Assembly (NCBI GenBank): GCA_043812195.1
Contig: JBDRML010000045.1
Location: 972-64,971 of the forward strand
Reading direction: 5' to 3'
Source: Candidatus Woesearchaeota archaeon
GTDB lineage: Archaea; Nanobdellota; Nanobdellia; SCGC-AAA011-G17; PNOQ01
DNA length: 64,000 bases
A program made the position numbers and the translations under genes. The first letter of the stretch is position 1, and every line of letters starts with the position of its first letter. Positions 33,874-43,105 of this stretch are shown here, piece after piece. Under the pieces are notes generated by a model, which saw only the letters and a list, made by a program, of their open reading frames with translations, had not been told where the DNA came from and did not search any database.

Positions 33874-35129
33874 TTTTTCTTTATTTTTTTTACCAATTCT
33901 TTAAAATCCAACAAACACTCTTTCCCAGAATTCATATCTTTTAATTTAAACTTCTTCAATTTCAATTCTTTTTCTCCTAAAAATATAACATAAGGAATAT
34001 TCAATTTACTAGCATAATCTAAATTCTTACTAATACTTCTAGAATTAAAATCAATATCAGAATTAATTCCATTCTCTCTTAATTTTTCAACAATTTCAAA
34101 AGCTTTCTCTTTAATTCCAATAGGAATAACATATACCTTAACAATATTCTCAAATTTCTCTTTCTTCATAGCTAAAACAATCCTATCTAAACCAAATGAA
34201 ATTCCAACAGCAGGATACTCTCTTTTACCACCCAAGAAATTTCCAATCATATTATCATACCTTCCACCTGCAGCAACAGAAGTCTTAACTTCAGAATTTT
34301 TCAAATAAACTTCAAATACAGTTCCTGTATAATAACTCAAGCCCCTAGCTAAAGAAACATCAAAAACAAAATCCTTAGAATATTTCATCAATTCACTAAT
34401 TTCTTTTAATCCCTGACTCTCTCCAATTTCTCTTTTCAAAAAGTCTAATTTCTGTTTATTAGTTCCTTTAATAGAAATTAATTTCAATAATCTACTAATA
34501 GAAGTTTTACTAACACCCTTTTCCAATAATTCATCTTTAACTCCCTTATCATCAATCTTATCTAACTTATCAATACTTAATATCACACTATCAACTAAAT
34601 TCTTTTTAACATTACATCTTAAAATTATATCATCTAATATTTTTCTATTATTAACTCTAACAAAAACTTTCATGTCTAATTTCTTAAACACCAAATTAGC
34701 AATCTCAATAAACTCAGCATCAGCCATCATAGAACTAGTTCCAACCACATCGACATCACATTGATAAAACTGTCTTAATCTACTTGAAGTCAAAGGACCA
34801 TCTCTAAAAACATTACCAATTTCATATCTCTTAAAAGGCATCTTTAAAGTTGGATTCATACCAACAAATCTTGAAAAGGGAACTGTCAAATCATATCTCA
34901 AAGCCAAATCTCTTTTGCCTTGATCTTTTAATTTAAAGATTTCTCTCAATATTTCTTCTCCACCAGCATACTTAGAAGCCAACACATCAAATCTTTCTAC
35001 AATAGGAGTTTCCAAAGGATTATATCCATATAACTCAAAAACTTCTTTCAAAATAGAGATAACTCTCTCTCGTAAAATCTTCTCTTCAGGTTTAATATCC
35101 TTTACTCCCTTAGCTGTTTCTAGTTTCAT
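33870..35129 (-). CDS. hisS: Histidine--tRNA ligase
   Basis: Class II aaRS motifs and LALRYDLTVPFSRF; 419 aa. Confidence 0.9.
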   Translation of the reverse strand: MKLETAKGVKDIKPEEKILRERVISILKEVFELYGYNPLETPIVERFDVLASKYAGGEEILREIFKLKDQGKRDLALRYDLTVPFSRFVGMNPTLKMPFKRYEIGNVFRDGPLTSSRLRQFYQCDVDVVGTSSMMADAEFIEIANLVFKKLDMKVFVRVNNRKILDDIILRCNVKKNLVDSVILSIDKLDKIDDKGVKDELLEKGVSKTSISRLLKLISIKGTNKQKLDFLKREIGESQGLKEISELMKYSKDFVFDVSLARGLSYYTGTVFEVYLKNSEVKTSVAAGGRYDNMIGNFLGGKREYPAVGISFGLDRIVLAMKKEKFENIVKVYVIPIGIKEKAFEIVEKLRENGINSDIDFNSRSISKNLDYASKLNIPYVIFLGEKELKLKKFKLKDMNSGKECLLDFKELVKKIKKN

Positions 35130-35175
35130 AATATAAACTTAATATCTTAGCTTTAAATAAGTTTTGAAAAAAGTA

Positions 35176-35263
35176 GACGGTACGCGGGACTTTCGCCAAT
35201 TGGTATCGAACCCGCGATCTCACGGACCACAACCGTGTGTTTTGCCTCTAAACTAGCACCGTC
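35176..35263 (-). tRNA. tRNA-His (anticodon GTG) with encoded G-1 and a ~15-nt intron in the T-loop
   Basis: Minus-strand read: G-ACGGTGC-TA-GTTT-AGAGGCA-AAAC-A-CACGG-TTGTGGT-CCGTG-AGATC-GCGGG-TTCGATA[CCAATTGGCGAAAGT]CCCGC-GTACCGT-C. All stems pair, the anticodon is GTG, G-1 pairs with C73, and the T-loop is 22 nt instead of 7. Confidence 0.75.
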
Positions 35264-35298
35264 ATTACAATTCTAAGAGAAATAATTAATTTATAAAG

Positions 35299-36066
35299 CT
35301 ATCTTCTCAACCCAATTTTACGTAAAAAAGATCCAAAACCACTATCAACCTTTTCATCAAACTCAACACCCATTAAATCAGCAGCTAATTTCTTATACGC
35401 TATAGCACTCTTACTTTTAGGATGTGTATAAATAACAGGCTCTTTCATTTTCAAACTCTCTTTAACATATTTATCATATGGAATAATGCCAATAATATCT
35501 TTATCCAACATAGACTTAACAGCTTCCAATGTAAGACCTTCACCTTCACCAGATTTAGCTACTACAACACCACGAATATTTTTTCCCATTTCCTCAGCAA
35601 TTCTAATAGTTTTCAATGCATCAGTCACAGCTGGCAATTCAGAATTTGTAACAATAATAATATCATCAACTGCCCTCATAACAGCAAGGCACTCTTTTCC
35701 TAATCCAGCACTTCCATCAACTAAAACCACATCAGCCAATCCATCTAGATAAGGTAAAACTTTTCCAATATTATCGGGATTAGCACCTTTTAAATCAGCA
35801 ATAGAAATCCCAGCAGGAATAATTTTCAATCCAGAAGGATGTAAATAAACAGATTCACTCAAATGATTATTACCTTTCAAAACATCATGTAAAGATATAG
35901 GAACAACAGGAACTCCCAAATGTAAACCTAAATTAGGAGTACTTAAATTCCCATCAACAATAATAACATCACGACCAAAATAATTCATAGCACTTCCTAA
36001 ATTAACAACAGTAGTAGTTTTAGCAACACCACCCTTTCCGCTTAAAACACCAACAAATCTAGTCAA
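35299..36066 (-). CDS. minD: MinD/ParA-family ATPase
   Basis: Deviant Walker A GKGGVAKTT. Confidence 0.85.
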   Translation of the reverse strand: MTRFVGVLSGKGGVAKTTTVVNLGSAMNYFGRDVIIVDGNLSTPNLGLHLGVPVVPISLHDVLKGNNHLSESVYLHPSGLKIIPAGISIADLKGANPDNIGKVLPYLDGLADVVLVDGSAGLGKECLAVMRAVDDIIIVTNSELPAVTDALKTIRIAEEMGKNIRGVVVAKSGEGEGLTLEAVKSMLDKDIIGIIPYDKYVKESLKMKEPVIYTHPKSKSAIAYKKLAADLMGVEFDEKVDSGFGSFLRKIGLRR

Positions 36067-36506
36067 CCTAGTTCACCTTCAACATATTTTATGAATTCTT
36101 TAGTCTTTTTAAAATATTCTGTTAATAAAGGAACATCAACATCTAACTTTTTTCCATCAATATTAAACGCCATTGTTATATGTTTTCTAAATTCTTCTCT
36201 AGCAGTATAAGAACTATCATCAAGTTTCTTCAATAAAAGGTACATATCCATATGCTTTTTACTATTAGGTTTTACTTTCTTAACATATTGTACTTTAATT
36301 TGCCAATTATTAGGAACATCTGGTATCTTCTTTTTAGATTCAGCATCCTCTAAAATAGCTGCAATAGCCAATTCATCAGCAGCAATAAGTCTAATTATAA
36401 TATTTTTCATGACATCTCTAGTTCTTGTATACTTCAAACTGATGTAAAGTAGGTGCTCTGCTCTCTTAATTTCCTCGTCCGCGTCCTGAAGCAATAAGTG
36501 GGTCAT
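36063..36506 (-). CDS. Hypothetical protein, paralog of the upstream gene, in an operon with minD
   Basis: 147 aa. Shares an aligned block with 36466..36969 (AEHLLYISLKY...KKIPDVP versus ADHMLYMTYPL...VKIPDDF). Confidence 0.45.
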   Translation of the reverse strand: MTHLLLQDADEEIKRAEHLLYISLKYTRTRDVMKNIIIRLIAADELAIAAILEDAESKKKIPDVPNNWQIKVQYVKKVKPNSKKHMDMYLLLKKLDDSSYTAREEFRKHITMAFNIDGKKLDVDVPLLTEYFKKTKEFIKYVEGELG

Positions 36507-36969
36507 TCCTTAATATATTATTCAGTCTTAATATAAAAGGTTTTGCTTTCAAAACATAGCCCTTCACGTCCTCATAGCCTATACTTTTAAGCTTATATGT
36601 GTTATAACTAATCACAAATTTATCATTTTTAATAAATTCTACAGGACTTTGCCTATGTTTTACCATAATTTCATCAATTTCCTTAGCAAAATCAATATCA
36701 CTCAGCTTAAACCCATATCTATTAACACTAATTTTTTTAAACAAATCTAATCTAGCATCAAAATCATCAGGGATTTTAACAATTCTCTTATAAATCCAAT
36801 CATACCTCAAAAAAGCCATAATACTCAATTTAACAGCCTTATCAATATTATTAGAAATAGTTATTAATAATTTAACATCTTTAACCAATGGATATGTCAT
36901 ATAGAGCATATGATCTGCATTTTTCAAGTACTTGCTAGATATAAGAACTAATTCTTTAAATTTCTCCAT
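36466..36969 (-). CDS. Hypothetical protein, paralog of the downstream gene
   Basis: 167 aa. The overlapping three-gene arrangement ends in minD. Confidence 0.45.
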   Translation of the reverse strand: MEKFKELVLISSKYLKNADHMLYMTYPLVKDVKLLITISNNIDKAVKLSIMAFLRYDWIYKRIVKIPDDFDARLDLFKKISVNRYGFKLSDIDFAKEIDEIMVKHRQSPVEFIKNDKFVISYNTYKLKSIGYEDVKGYVLKAKPFILRLNNILRNDPLIASGRGRGN

Positions 36970-37146
36970 AAAAAAGGTAACATGTCTAGATTTAAAAATT
37001 ATTCTTTTAATGTTAATCCAAATACTATTTTTTCCTAGTATTCTAACTCTTGAAGTATTTCATATGACATTTTAGAAGACCTCCTTATGTTATTTGAAAG
37101 TGGTAACAATCAAAAGGTTTAAAAAGAGTGTAATATTCATTAATTT

Positions 37147-37590
37147 ATGCCAGAAGAAAGTACTTATTGGATTGATATGTATCAGCAAAGAATAGATAAA
37201 CTCAAGAGGGTATATTTAGAAAAACAAAGCCCTTCTATAAGGGGAAGAATTCTTTCTGCCTTACAAAGAATCACATCTCTCTCAGAAAGATTACCAGATA
37301 ATGAAGGTCTATTTGATATTCTTAATGAACTAAATCCTTTATATGAAACACCTGAAGATTCTAGAACGTTAGAAGAAAGTGATGGGGGAGTAGTGCGCGA
37401 AAATTTCCAAGAGATACTAAAAAGATTAAGAAGTGATAATGGGGTATCTCATACTAAGCTTGCATCGACATTAGGATGTACTACAAGAACAGTATCAAGA
37501 TGGGAATCAGGAGACAGCAAGCCACGAGGGCTTTATTTAAAAAGATTAGCAGAAGTATTTAATGTCCCAGTTAGGACTTTCTATCAATAA
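37147..37590 (+). CDS. XRE-family HTH transcriptional regulator
   Basis: C-terminal Cro/C1-type HTH (SHTKLASTLGCTTRTVSRWESG); GC-rich gene. Confidence 0.6.
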   Translation: MPEESTYWIDMYQQRIDKLKRVYLEKQSPSIRGRILSALQRITSLSERLPDNEGLFDILNELNPLYETPEDSRTLEESDGGVVRENFQEILKRLRSDNGVSHTKLASTLGCTTRTVSRWESGDSKPRGLYLKRLAEVFNVPVRTFYQ

Positions 37591-38014
37591 TTTTTGAGAA
37601 AACAAAACAGTTTTGACCATCCCAGAAATTCTTAATAAACTCTTCCTCTTTCCAGCCATTCTTTTTGTAAAAGTTTTCTGCATTATATATCTCAAGGCTA
37701 TGACACCATATCTTTTTCAATCCTTTTTCTTTAGTTAGTTCTTCGGCAAATCTCAATAATTTTGAACCAATCTTGTTTTTCTGAAACTCTGGTTTCACTG
37801 CTAATGGTCCAAATTTTGCTTCAAAATCCTCAAATTTTATTCCAAATGCTCCAAGGACTTCTTTTTTGTCCAATACTAAATAGTATTCTTTTTCTTTTGA
37901 CTTAATCTTTTTGCTTATTTTTTCTTTTGTCCACTTTAATTCCGGTTTATACAATATTGAGAATAATTGTTTTAAAACTTCAGAGTCACTATCAATGGCT
38001 TTTTGTATAATCAT
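37571..38014 (-). CDS. GNAT N-acetyltransferase
   Basis: Acetyl-CoA-binding region (KLLRFAEELTKEKGLKKIWCHS) and size fit GNAT. Confidence 0.6.
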   Translation of the reverse strand: MIIQKAIDSDSEVLKQLFSILYKPELKWTKEKISKKIKSKEKEYYLVLDKKEVLGAFGIKFEDFEAKFGPLAVKPEFQKNKIGSKLLRFAEELTKEKGLKKIWCHSLEIYNAENFYKKNGWKEEEFIKNFWDGQNCFVFSKIIDRKS

Positions 38015-38048
38015 ATCTCCTTAAATTCATTTTAATTTATAAGTCTAT

Positions 38049-38492
38049 CTACAAATAAGTAAGTAAATCTTCTATGGTATTAATTCTGTATGTGGGTTCT
38101 CCTGTTTCCTTATTTGGAGCTTCATGCGCCCACTTTCCCTTTTGAATCCAAAAAGTTGTGCACCCAAGACTATTTCCAATAGCGATGCCCCGAATAGATC
38201 GATCATCAACAATTGCAGTTGTCTCTGGTGTTGTTCCCATCTCTTTCATGCACTGTAAGAACTGCTCTTCTGTTTTCTCTCCTCCAACTAGAACAGAATC
38301 AAAGTATTTTAAGATTCCTGTAACTCTGAAATCCTCCCATCTTTCTTCAATTCCCCTACCTGCTAAAGAAATTAATCCCAGTTTATAACCTCTCTTTTTA
38401 CATTCTTTTAAAACTCTTTCAGAATAAGGAAATAGACTTCTGCTTCCACTGCTTAAAGTCTTAACCCAATCAAATATTATTCCTTTTATCAT
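38049..38492 (-). CDS. HAD-like hydrolase (short)
   Basis: MIKGIIFDWVKTL motif I and a downstream DD motif. Confidence 0.5.
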   Translation of the reverse strand: MIKGIIFDWVKTLSSGSRSLFPYSERVLKECKKRGYKLGLISLAGRGIEERWEDFRVTGILKYFDSVLVGGEKTEEQFLQCMKEMGTTPETTAIVDDRSIRGIAIGNSLGCTTFWIQKGKWAHEAPNKETGEPTYRINTIEDLLTYL

Positions 38493-38509
38493 ATATTTTT
38501 AGTAACCCC

Positions 38510-38959
38510 CTACGTTATCTCATATACAACCCACTCCAGAGTTCCAGGAAACTCTTGATTATATCCGCTTATGGCATCTTCAATTTTACCTGGCCAATTA
38601 TGCCACGAATTCATCCAACCATTCTCTGTTTTTAACAACCAATGGCCTTCTGGGTATTTCTTTCCTCTTTTGGCAAACACAATTGATCCTACCCTATTGA
38701 TTATTTCATCGTTGCTTTCTTTTACCTTTTTAAATTTATATTTTAAACCTCTGCTTGCTAAAACTTCAACTAAATCTTTACAATAATACCCCTTTGTTGA
38801 AGATCGTTCAGGATGAGCAAACAATTTACGTGTTTCTTGATATGATATACCTATTCTCGATGTTACGCATGCAATTCCACATCCCATTGATTCCTCTTGT
38901 TTTACTAAATTCATATTTTCTAAAGATTTACATTTCCTTAAAAAGATTGTTGTAGTCAC
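38510..38959 (-). CDS. Papain-like cysteine peptidase (C39-like)
   Basis: Cys in ESMGCGIACV and His in EGHWLL resemble a C39/papain-fold catalytic dyad. Confidence 0.45.
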   Translation of the reverse strand: MTTTIFLRKCKSLENMNLVKQEESMGCGIACVTSRIGISYQETRKLFAHPERSSTKGYYCKDLVEVLASRGLKYKFKKVKESNDEIINRVGSIVFAKRGKKYPEGHWLLKTENGWMNSWHNWPGKIEDAISGYNQEFPGTLEWVVYEIT

Positions 38960-39093
38960 TAGTCTTCAGAACTATTATCTAATTCTCCTATAATTCAAGT
39001 TTCCCCCTTTATATTACGCACTTCAAACAACAAACTTAACAGCAAAAAAGCAGCTTTAATCATGGCAAACACAATCAAAAAAAGAAAAAAATA

Positions 39094-39435
39094 TCATTTA
39101 TTGTTTTTCAAACTCAAAATTGCTTCAGCCAAATCACCATTATGTTTTTCTAAACTCTTGCGTGCTTCACTTTCAGAAACCTCAGCCTGCTCAGCTACAG
39201 TCTTAACATCTTCATCACTAATTCCGCTCTCTTCAGACATTTCACCAGTAACTTGCAATGTTTTCTGACCCATCATATCAACCTGAACAACACTAGGATC
39301 TCTAACAATTAAATTACTGCCATCTCTTTTTTTAATAATTACTTCAGAAGCATCAATCTCTTCCTGTTTCATACCCATCTTTTTCATAGCTTGCTGAATT
39401 GCTTTTTGATTCATTCCTGGAATCATCCAAACCAC
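39094..39435 (-). CDS. nac: Nascent polypeptide-associated complex alpha subunit
   Basis: NAC domain (IPGMNQKAIQQAMKKMGMKQEEI...) and a C-terminal UBA-like tail. Confidence 0.8.
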   Translation of the reverse strand: MVWMIPGMNQKAIQQAMKKMGMKQEEIDASEVIIKKRDGSNLIVRDPSVVQVDMMGQKTLQVTGEMSEESGISDEDVKTVAEQAEVSESEARKSLEKHNGDLAEAILSLKNNK

Positions 39436-39614
39436 CCTTGTCCATAAGTATGTAAAATAACCTCAATCAAAACAACTAATAATATCAAAACTATAACAAC
39501 ACTAGGAGATAACTCTATTTTGCTCTTATACTCATCAAAATATCTTACTAATCCACCCATACTTGAGGGCATTTGAACTTTATCTGCCATGCTAAATTCA
39601 AAGACTATGACCAT
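39423..39614 (-). CDS. Sec61 beta / SecG-like translocon subunit
   Basis: MADK...GGLVRYFDE... followed by one TM helix. Confidence 0.55.
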   Translation of the reverse strand: MVIVFEFSMADKVQMPSSMGGLVRYFDEYKSKIELSPSVVIVLILLVVLIEVILHTYGQGWFG

Positions 39615-39665
39615 TTATAAAGATTTCTAAAAACTATTTTATATTCAGATAAACTCACTAAATTA

Positions 39666-40607
39666 ATGAAACCAATTATCTGGAGTCCAAGCAGAATCTC
39701 ATTAGCATCTCAATGCCTTAAAGCATATTTTTACAATTACCTCTCAAAAGAAAAATTCCCAACAAATGGAGAATTTGCAGCAGGGGTTCTATTACATAGA
39801 AAAATGGAAAAATTCTACAAAGAAGACAGAACCCCAAAATACAAATCCCCAGAATCATTCGCAAACGCATCTATGGCTCAATGGCAAAGATTTAATATTA
39901 ATACAGGAAAAAGCAGAGGGCAACCAATAAGATGGAGAAGTGAGAATCACCCATATATACTAAAACATATGATAGGAGAAGCTTGTAAAACAGTATACCC
40001 AGCATATGCTAATCAACAACCACCAATAGAAACAGAGTTTTCATTTGAGTTTTGTTTTGGCAATAGATTTTACAGAGGAAGTATAGATGAAATAAGAAAT
40101 AATGCAACTATAAGAGATCATAAATCAGACGGATTTGAAAGACCACAGACCTCACTAGATAATGATATTCAATTCACTAATTATGCCTTAGCAATATCTC
40201 AATATCTTTACGCAGATAAAAAACTTAGGAAAAAAGTTAATATATCAAAAGAATTAAAAGAAGAAATAAAAAATAAAGAAAAAATTATCTTACCAATAGG
40301 TATAGAAATCCATTATTTAAGAACAGGTAATATAAAAACAACAACAAGAAATGACTCACATTATTATGAACTAACAGAGATAATAGATGAACTAGAAGAA
40401 CAAATAAGAAGAAGAAATTTCAAAAGAAACCTTGGTAAACATTGTGACTTCTGTCTTTTCAATGAAGCTTGTGCAAGAGATACAAAACAATCAAATATTA
40501 CAATCCCCGAAAACCCACAATTACAATTATTTGCAACTTCAGAACCAAAACCAAAAAATATCAAGCAATTAAGATTATCATTTCCAAGAAAATCAAAAAA
40601 AGTGTAG
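39666..40607 (+). CDS. PD-(D/E)XK nuclease of the Cas4/RecB family (stand-alone)
   Basis: SPSRISLASQCLKAYFYNYL N-terminus and a C-terminal Cys cluster GKHCDFCLFNEAC. Its stop codon lies inside the left 14-bp direct repeat. Confidence 0.6.
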   Translation: MKPIIWSPSRISLASQCLKAYFYNYLSKEKFPTNGEFAAGVLLHRKMEKFYKEDRTPKYKSPESFANASMAQWQRFNINTGKSRGQPIRWRSENHPYILKHMIGEACKTVYPAYANQQPPIETEFSFEFCFGNRFYRGSIDEIRNNATIRDHKSDGFERPQTSLDNDIQFTNYALAISQYLYADKKLRKKVNISKELKEEIKNKEKIILPIGIEIHYLRTGNIKTTTRNDSHYYELTEIIDELEEQIRRRNFKRNLGKHCDFCLFNEACARDTKQSNITIPENPQLQLFATSEPKPKNIKQLRLSFPRKSKKV

Positions 40608-40616
40608 GCAAGTGTA
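40603..40616. repeat. Left 14-bp direct repeat GTAGGCAAGTGTAA (partial copy of the rnpB 3' end); putative attL
   Basis: Identical 14-mer occurs at 52548..52561, where it forms the 3' end of the RNase P RNA gene. Confidence 0.65.
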
Positions 40617-40705
40617 ACCTCTAAAGTAGTTTATACTTCTTTTGTATATTATAGTAATTTAGTTAATTATATAAATATTTCTGTTAGTATTAAAAGGGGT
40701 TAGAA

Positions 40706-41521
40706 ATGATAAAATGGATAATTGCTGTGATTATTGCACTTCTTGTAGTTAGTTATATTGTTTCCCCAGAACAAAGATTTGAGATAGAACGATTTTTTAA
40801 GAATTTAGGTGAAGATATAAAAAATGTGAAAATAGATACGCCAATAGTTTCAAGCTGTGAAAAAAATGCTATAGAAATGACCCCAAAATATTGGCTTACC
40901 CATGACTCAAATGCTTACTGGGGATATTATTCACGTGCTGGTGATTGGGGCTATGGAAATTTTCCAACCCCATATAATATTGTTTTCCCGCATCTTAATA
41001 AATGGAATGATGGAAACATCATTAGGCTAAATTTAGATGATTATACAAGAGCTGGTTTTGGAAGTGGGGAGAATATAAACTATAGATATTATAATGATAA
41101 AGATAATTTAGAGTATAGTAAAGATATTATTGATAAAAACGGATTAGTTTTAGGGACTAATCATTTTGGAATTAGCCCAGTTTTTAAAGTTAATGATAAT
41201 TTTGAAAGCCCAACCTATACGTGGTGGGAAGATACTGAACTTTCAATCTTACATTTTAATTATTCAGGATTTAACAAAAATATTAAAAAGATGTTAGATA
41301 CTGACAAGTTTGAAATAATTGTTAAATGCGACAAAATAGGACGAGAAGAAGAAATTTGCAGAGAAGAATTTAGTCAAGAAGAGGGAGATTTTGATTGTGA
41401 TTATAGTTCCTACGATAATTGTATAAGTATTTTTTCTGAAACAGAACCAGATATATTTAACAATTTAGTTTATGAAATTATAGAATATAATATTAAAAAT
41501 TGTGAATGGGTAAAACAATGA
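40706..41521 (+). CDS. Membrane-anchored hypothetical protein (element-borne)
   Basis: N-terminal TM helix; W/Y/G-rich extracellular domain. Confidence 0.45.
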   Translation: MIKWIIAVIIALLVVSYIVSPEQRFEIERFFKNLGEDIKNVKIDTPIVSSCEKNAIEMTPKYWLTHDSNAYWGYYSRAGDWGYGNFPTPYNIVFPHLNKWNDGNIIRLNLDDYTRAGFGSGENINYRYYNDKDNLEYSKDIIDKNGLVLGTNHFGISPVFKVNDNFESPTYTWWEDTELSILHFNYSGFNKNIKKMLDTDKFEIIVKCDKIGREEEICREEFSQEEGDFDCDYSSYDNCISIFSETEPDIFNNLVYEIIEYNIKNCEWVKQ

Positions 41522-41682
41522 AAGGAAAAATAGAACTAACAAGGAAAATACAAAGAATAGGTAACTCTCTTTGTGTAGTCTTACCTAAACAAATTGCACA
41601 ATTAAAAGGATGGAAACCTAAGGATTCGGTTTCTATTGTTTTGAATGAAAGGGGTGAATTGATTATAAGGGAAGTGAAATAG
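41518..41682 (+). CDS. AbrB/MazE (SpoVT-AbrB) family DNA-binding protein, 54 aa
   Basis: Hand-translated as MKGKIELTRKIQRIGNSLCVVLPKQIAQLKGWKPKDSVSIVLNERGELIIREVK. The GNSLxVxLPK swapped-hairpin motif is present, and the start overlaps the upstream stop (ATGA). Confidence 0.6.
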   Translation: MKGKIELTRKIQRIGNSLCVVLPKQIAQLKGWKPKDSVSIVLNERGELIIREVK

Positions 41683-41712
41683 ATGGAAAAACATAGAAAT
41701 TGCATGGGTTAG

Positions 41713-41931
41713 ATGGTAAAATCAACATTAAACAAATTAGAAAGAAAGATGATGATTTTGGGTATCTCTGGAGGCCTTATAGTTTATATCAGCATCGTGC
41801 TTGGAGAATTAATTGGATGGGTTCTCGGCGTAGAAAAATCTATCTTTTATTTTTCAGCTATAAAAATTATTTGTTCAATTTTTATAACATATCTTATTTA
41901 TTTGATTGTTGTATATAGAAGAAATAAATAA
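41713..41931 (+). CDS. Small two-TM membrane protein
   Basis: 72 aa, hydrophobic. Confidence 0.4.
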   Translation: MVKSTLNKLERKMMILGISGGLIVYISIVLGELIGWVLGVEKSIFYFSAIKIICSIFITYLIYLIVVYRRNK

Positions 41932-41941
41932 ATAGACTAAA

Positions 41942-42442
41942 ATGAAGATTGATAATGTTATCAAGGGGGATGGTATTAAACTTGAATTTTTAACTTACGA
42001 TTTAATAAGAATAAAAGATATATTAAGAAATAAATTTATTGGAATTATAGAATGTAATAAAGATTTAGAAGTTATTAGTTTATGGTTTTCTGACATTGTG
42101 CCAGATGGATTCTCAATGAAAAAATCAATCATTGAAAAATGGAATATGAAAAAAATAGAGTTGAAAGAAAAACAAAAAGTTTGTCCCGATTGTAAAAAAA
42201 ACTGGTTAGAAGTTATTTGTGTATTGCACCACAAAAACAAAAATCAAGAGATTGACAAACTTACAAGAATTAGTTTAGAAATTGAAAAAAGAATATTAAA
42301 AGGGTATCTTAGTATTTTTGTAGGTTATAATCTATATAAAGATGCCGTAGCAAAATATGTTAAATACTACAAATCATTAAAAGACACTAAAATACTTTGC
42401 TGGAATTGTCATGGATTAGAACACCAATTAAAAAAACCATAA
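41942..42442 (+). CDS. HNH-motif nuclease-like protein
   Basis: CPDC...VLHHKNKN...CWNCHGLEH forms the CxxC / HH / CxxCH arrangement. Confidence 0.45.
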   Translation: MKIDNVIKGDGIKLEFLTYDLIRIKDILRNKFIGIIECNKDLEVISLWFSDIVPDGFSMKKSIIEKWNMKKIELKEKQKVCPDCKKNWLEVICVLHHKNKNQEIDKLTRISLEIEKRILKGYLSIFVGYNLYKDAVAKYVKYYKSLKDTKILCWNCHGLEHQLKKP

Positions 42443-42490
42443 TTTTGGTAGAATTAATTCCACACCCTTCCCACTATAAATAAAAATAAA

Positions 42491-42757
42491 TCAAAGAATT
42501 ACTGCAGTAGCAATATTAGAACCAGCAGAGGTCAATAATGAAACAACACTTCCTTCCAAATTTAATGTTTCTCCAGTTTTTGAAGGGTGCCTAATACTTA
42601 AACCTGCTGTAGTTGAAAATGAAGCGTGTCCTTTTGCTTTTCCAAAATTTTGATTCCCATAATATATTTCTGTTCTTTTGGGTTCTTCTAATTTATTTTG
42701 TTGTGTAACAAATAATCCTTCCTTTCTTATTAATGAATATCTATTCTTTTTAGCCAT
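42491..42757 (-). CDS. Hypothetical protein
   Basis: 88-aa ORF. Confidence 0.3.
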   Translation of the reverse strand: MAKKNRYSLIRKEGLFVTQQNKLEEPKRTEIYYGNQNFGKAKGHASFSTTAGLSIRHPSKTGETLNLEGSVVSLLTSAGSNIATAVIL

Positions 42758-42760
42758 TTT

Positions 42761-42991
42761 TTATTTACACTTGCAATAAGGCAATCCTGAATTTGCTTTA
42801 AGGTAGGCTAATCTTTGGCTGATAACATTCAAACCTCCGCATTTCTTACATGCCAATCTTTTAGCTTCCTTTAATTTTTCTTGATCTTCTCTTTTATCTT
42901 CCTCTCTTTCTTTTACTATCTTCTCTTTCTCTATCTTCTTTAGCTCTTCTCTTATAAGCTTTCTAATTTCAGTTTTTGTTGCTTGATCCAT
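42761..42991 (-). CDS. Hypothetical zinc-ribbon protein
   Basis: Charged helix followed by CKKCGG...CKCK. Confidence 0.35.
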   Translation of the reverse strand: MDQATKTEIRKLIREELKKIEKEKIVKEREEDKREDQEKLKEAKRLACKKCGGLNVISQRLAYLKANSGLPYCKCK

Positions 42992-43105
42992 TATGTATAA
43001 AATACCTTATCAAAAAAAGAACCTATTTCTATATAAATAACTTACTGTATAAAATAGAAGTGTAAATTAGACAGATTTATAAGATTTAGAATTCTTCGAT
43101 TAAAC

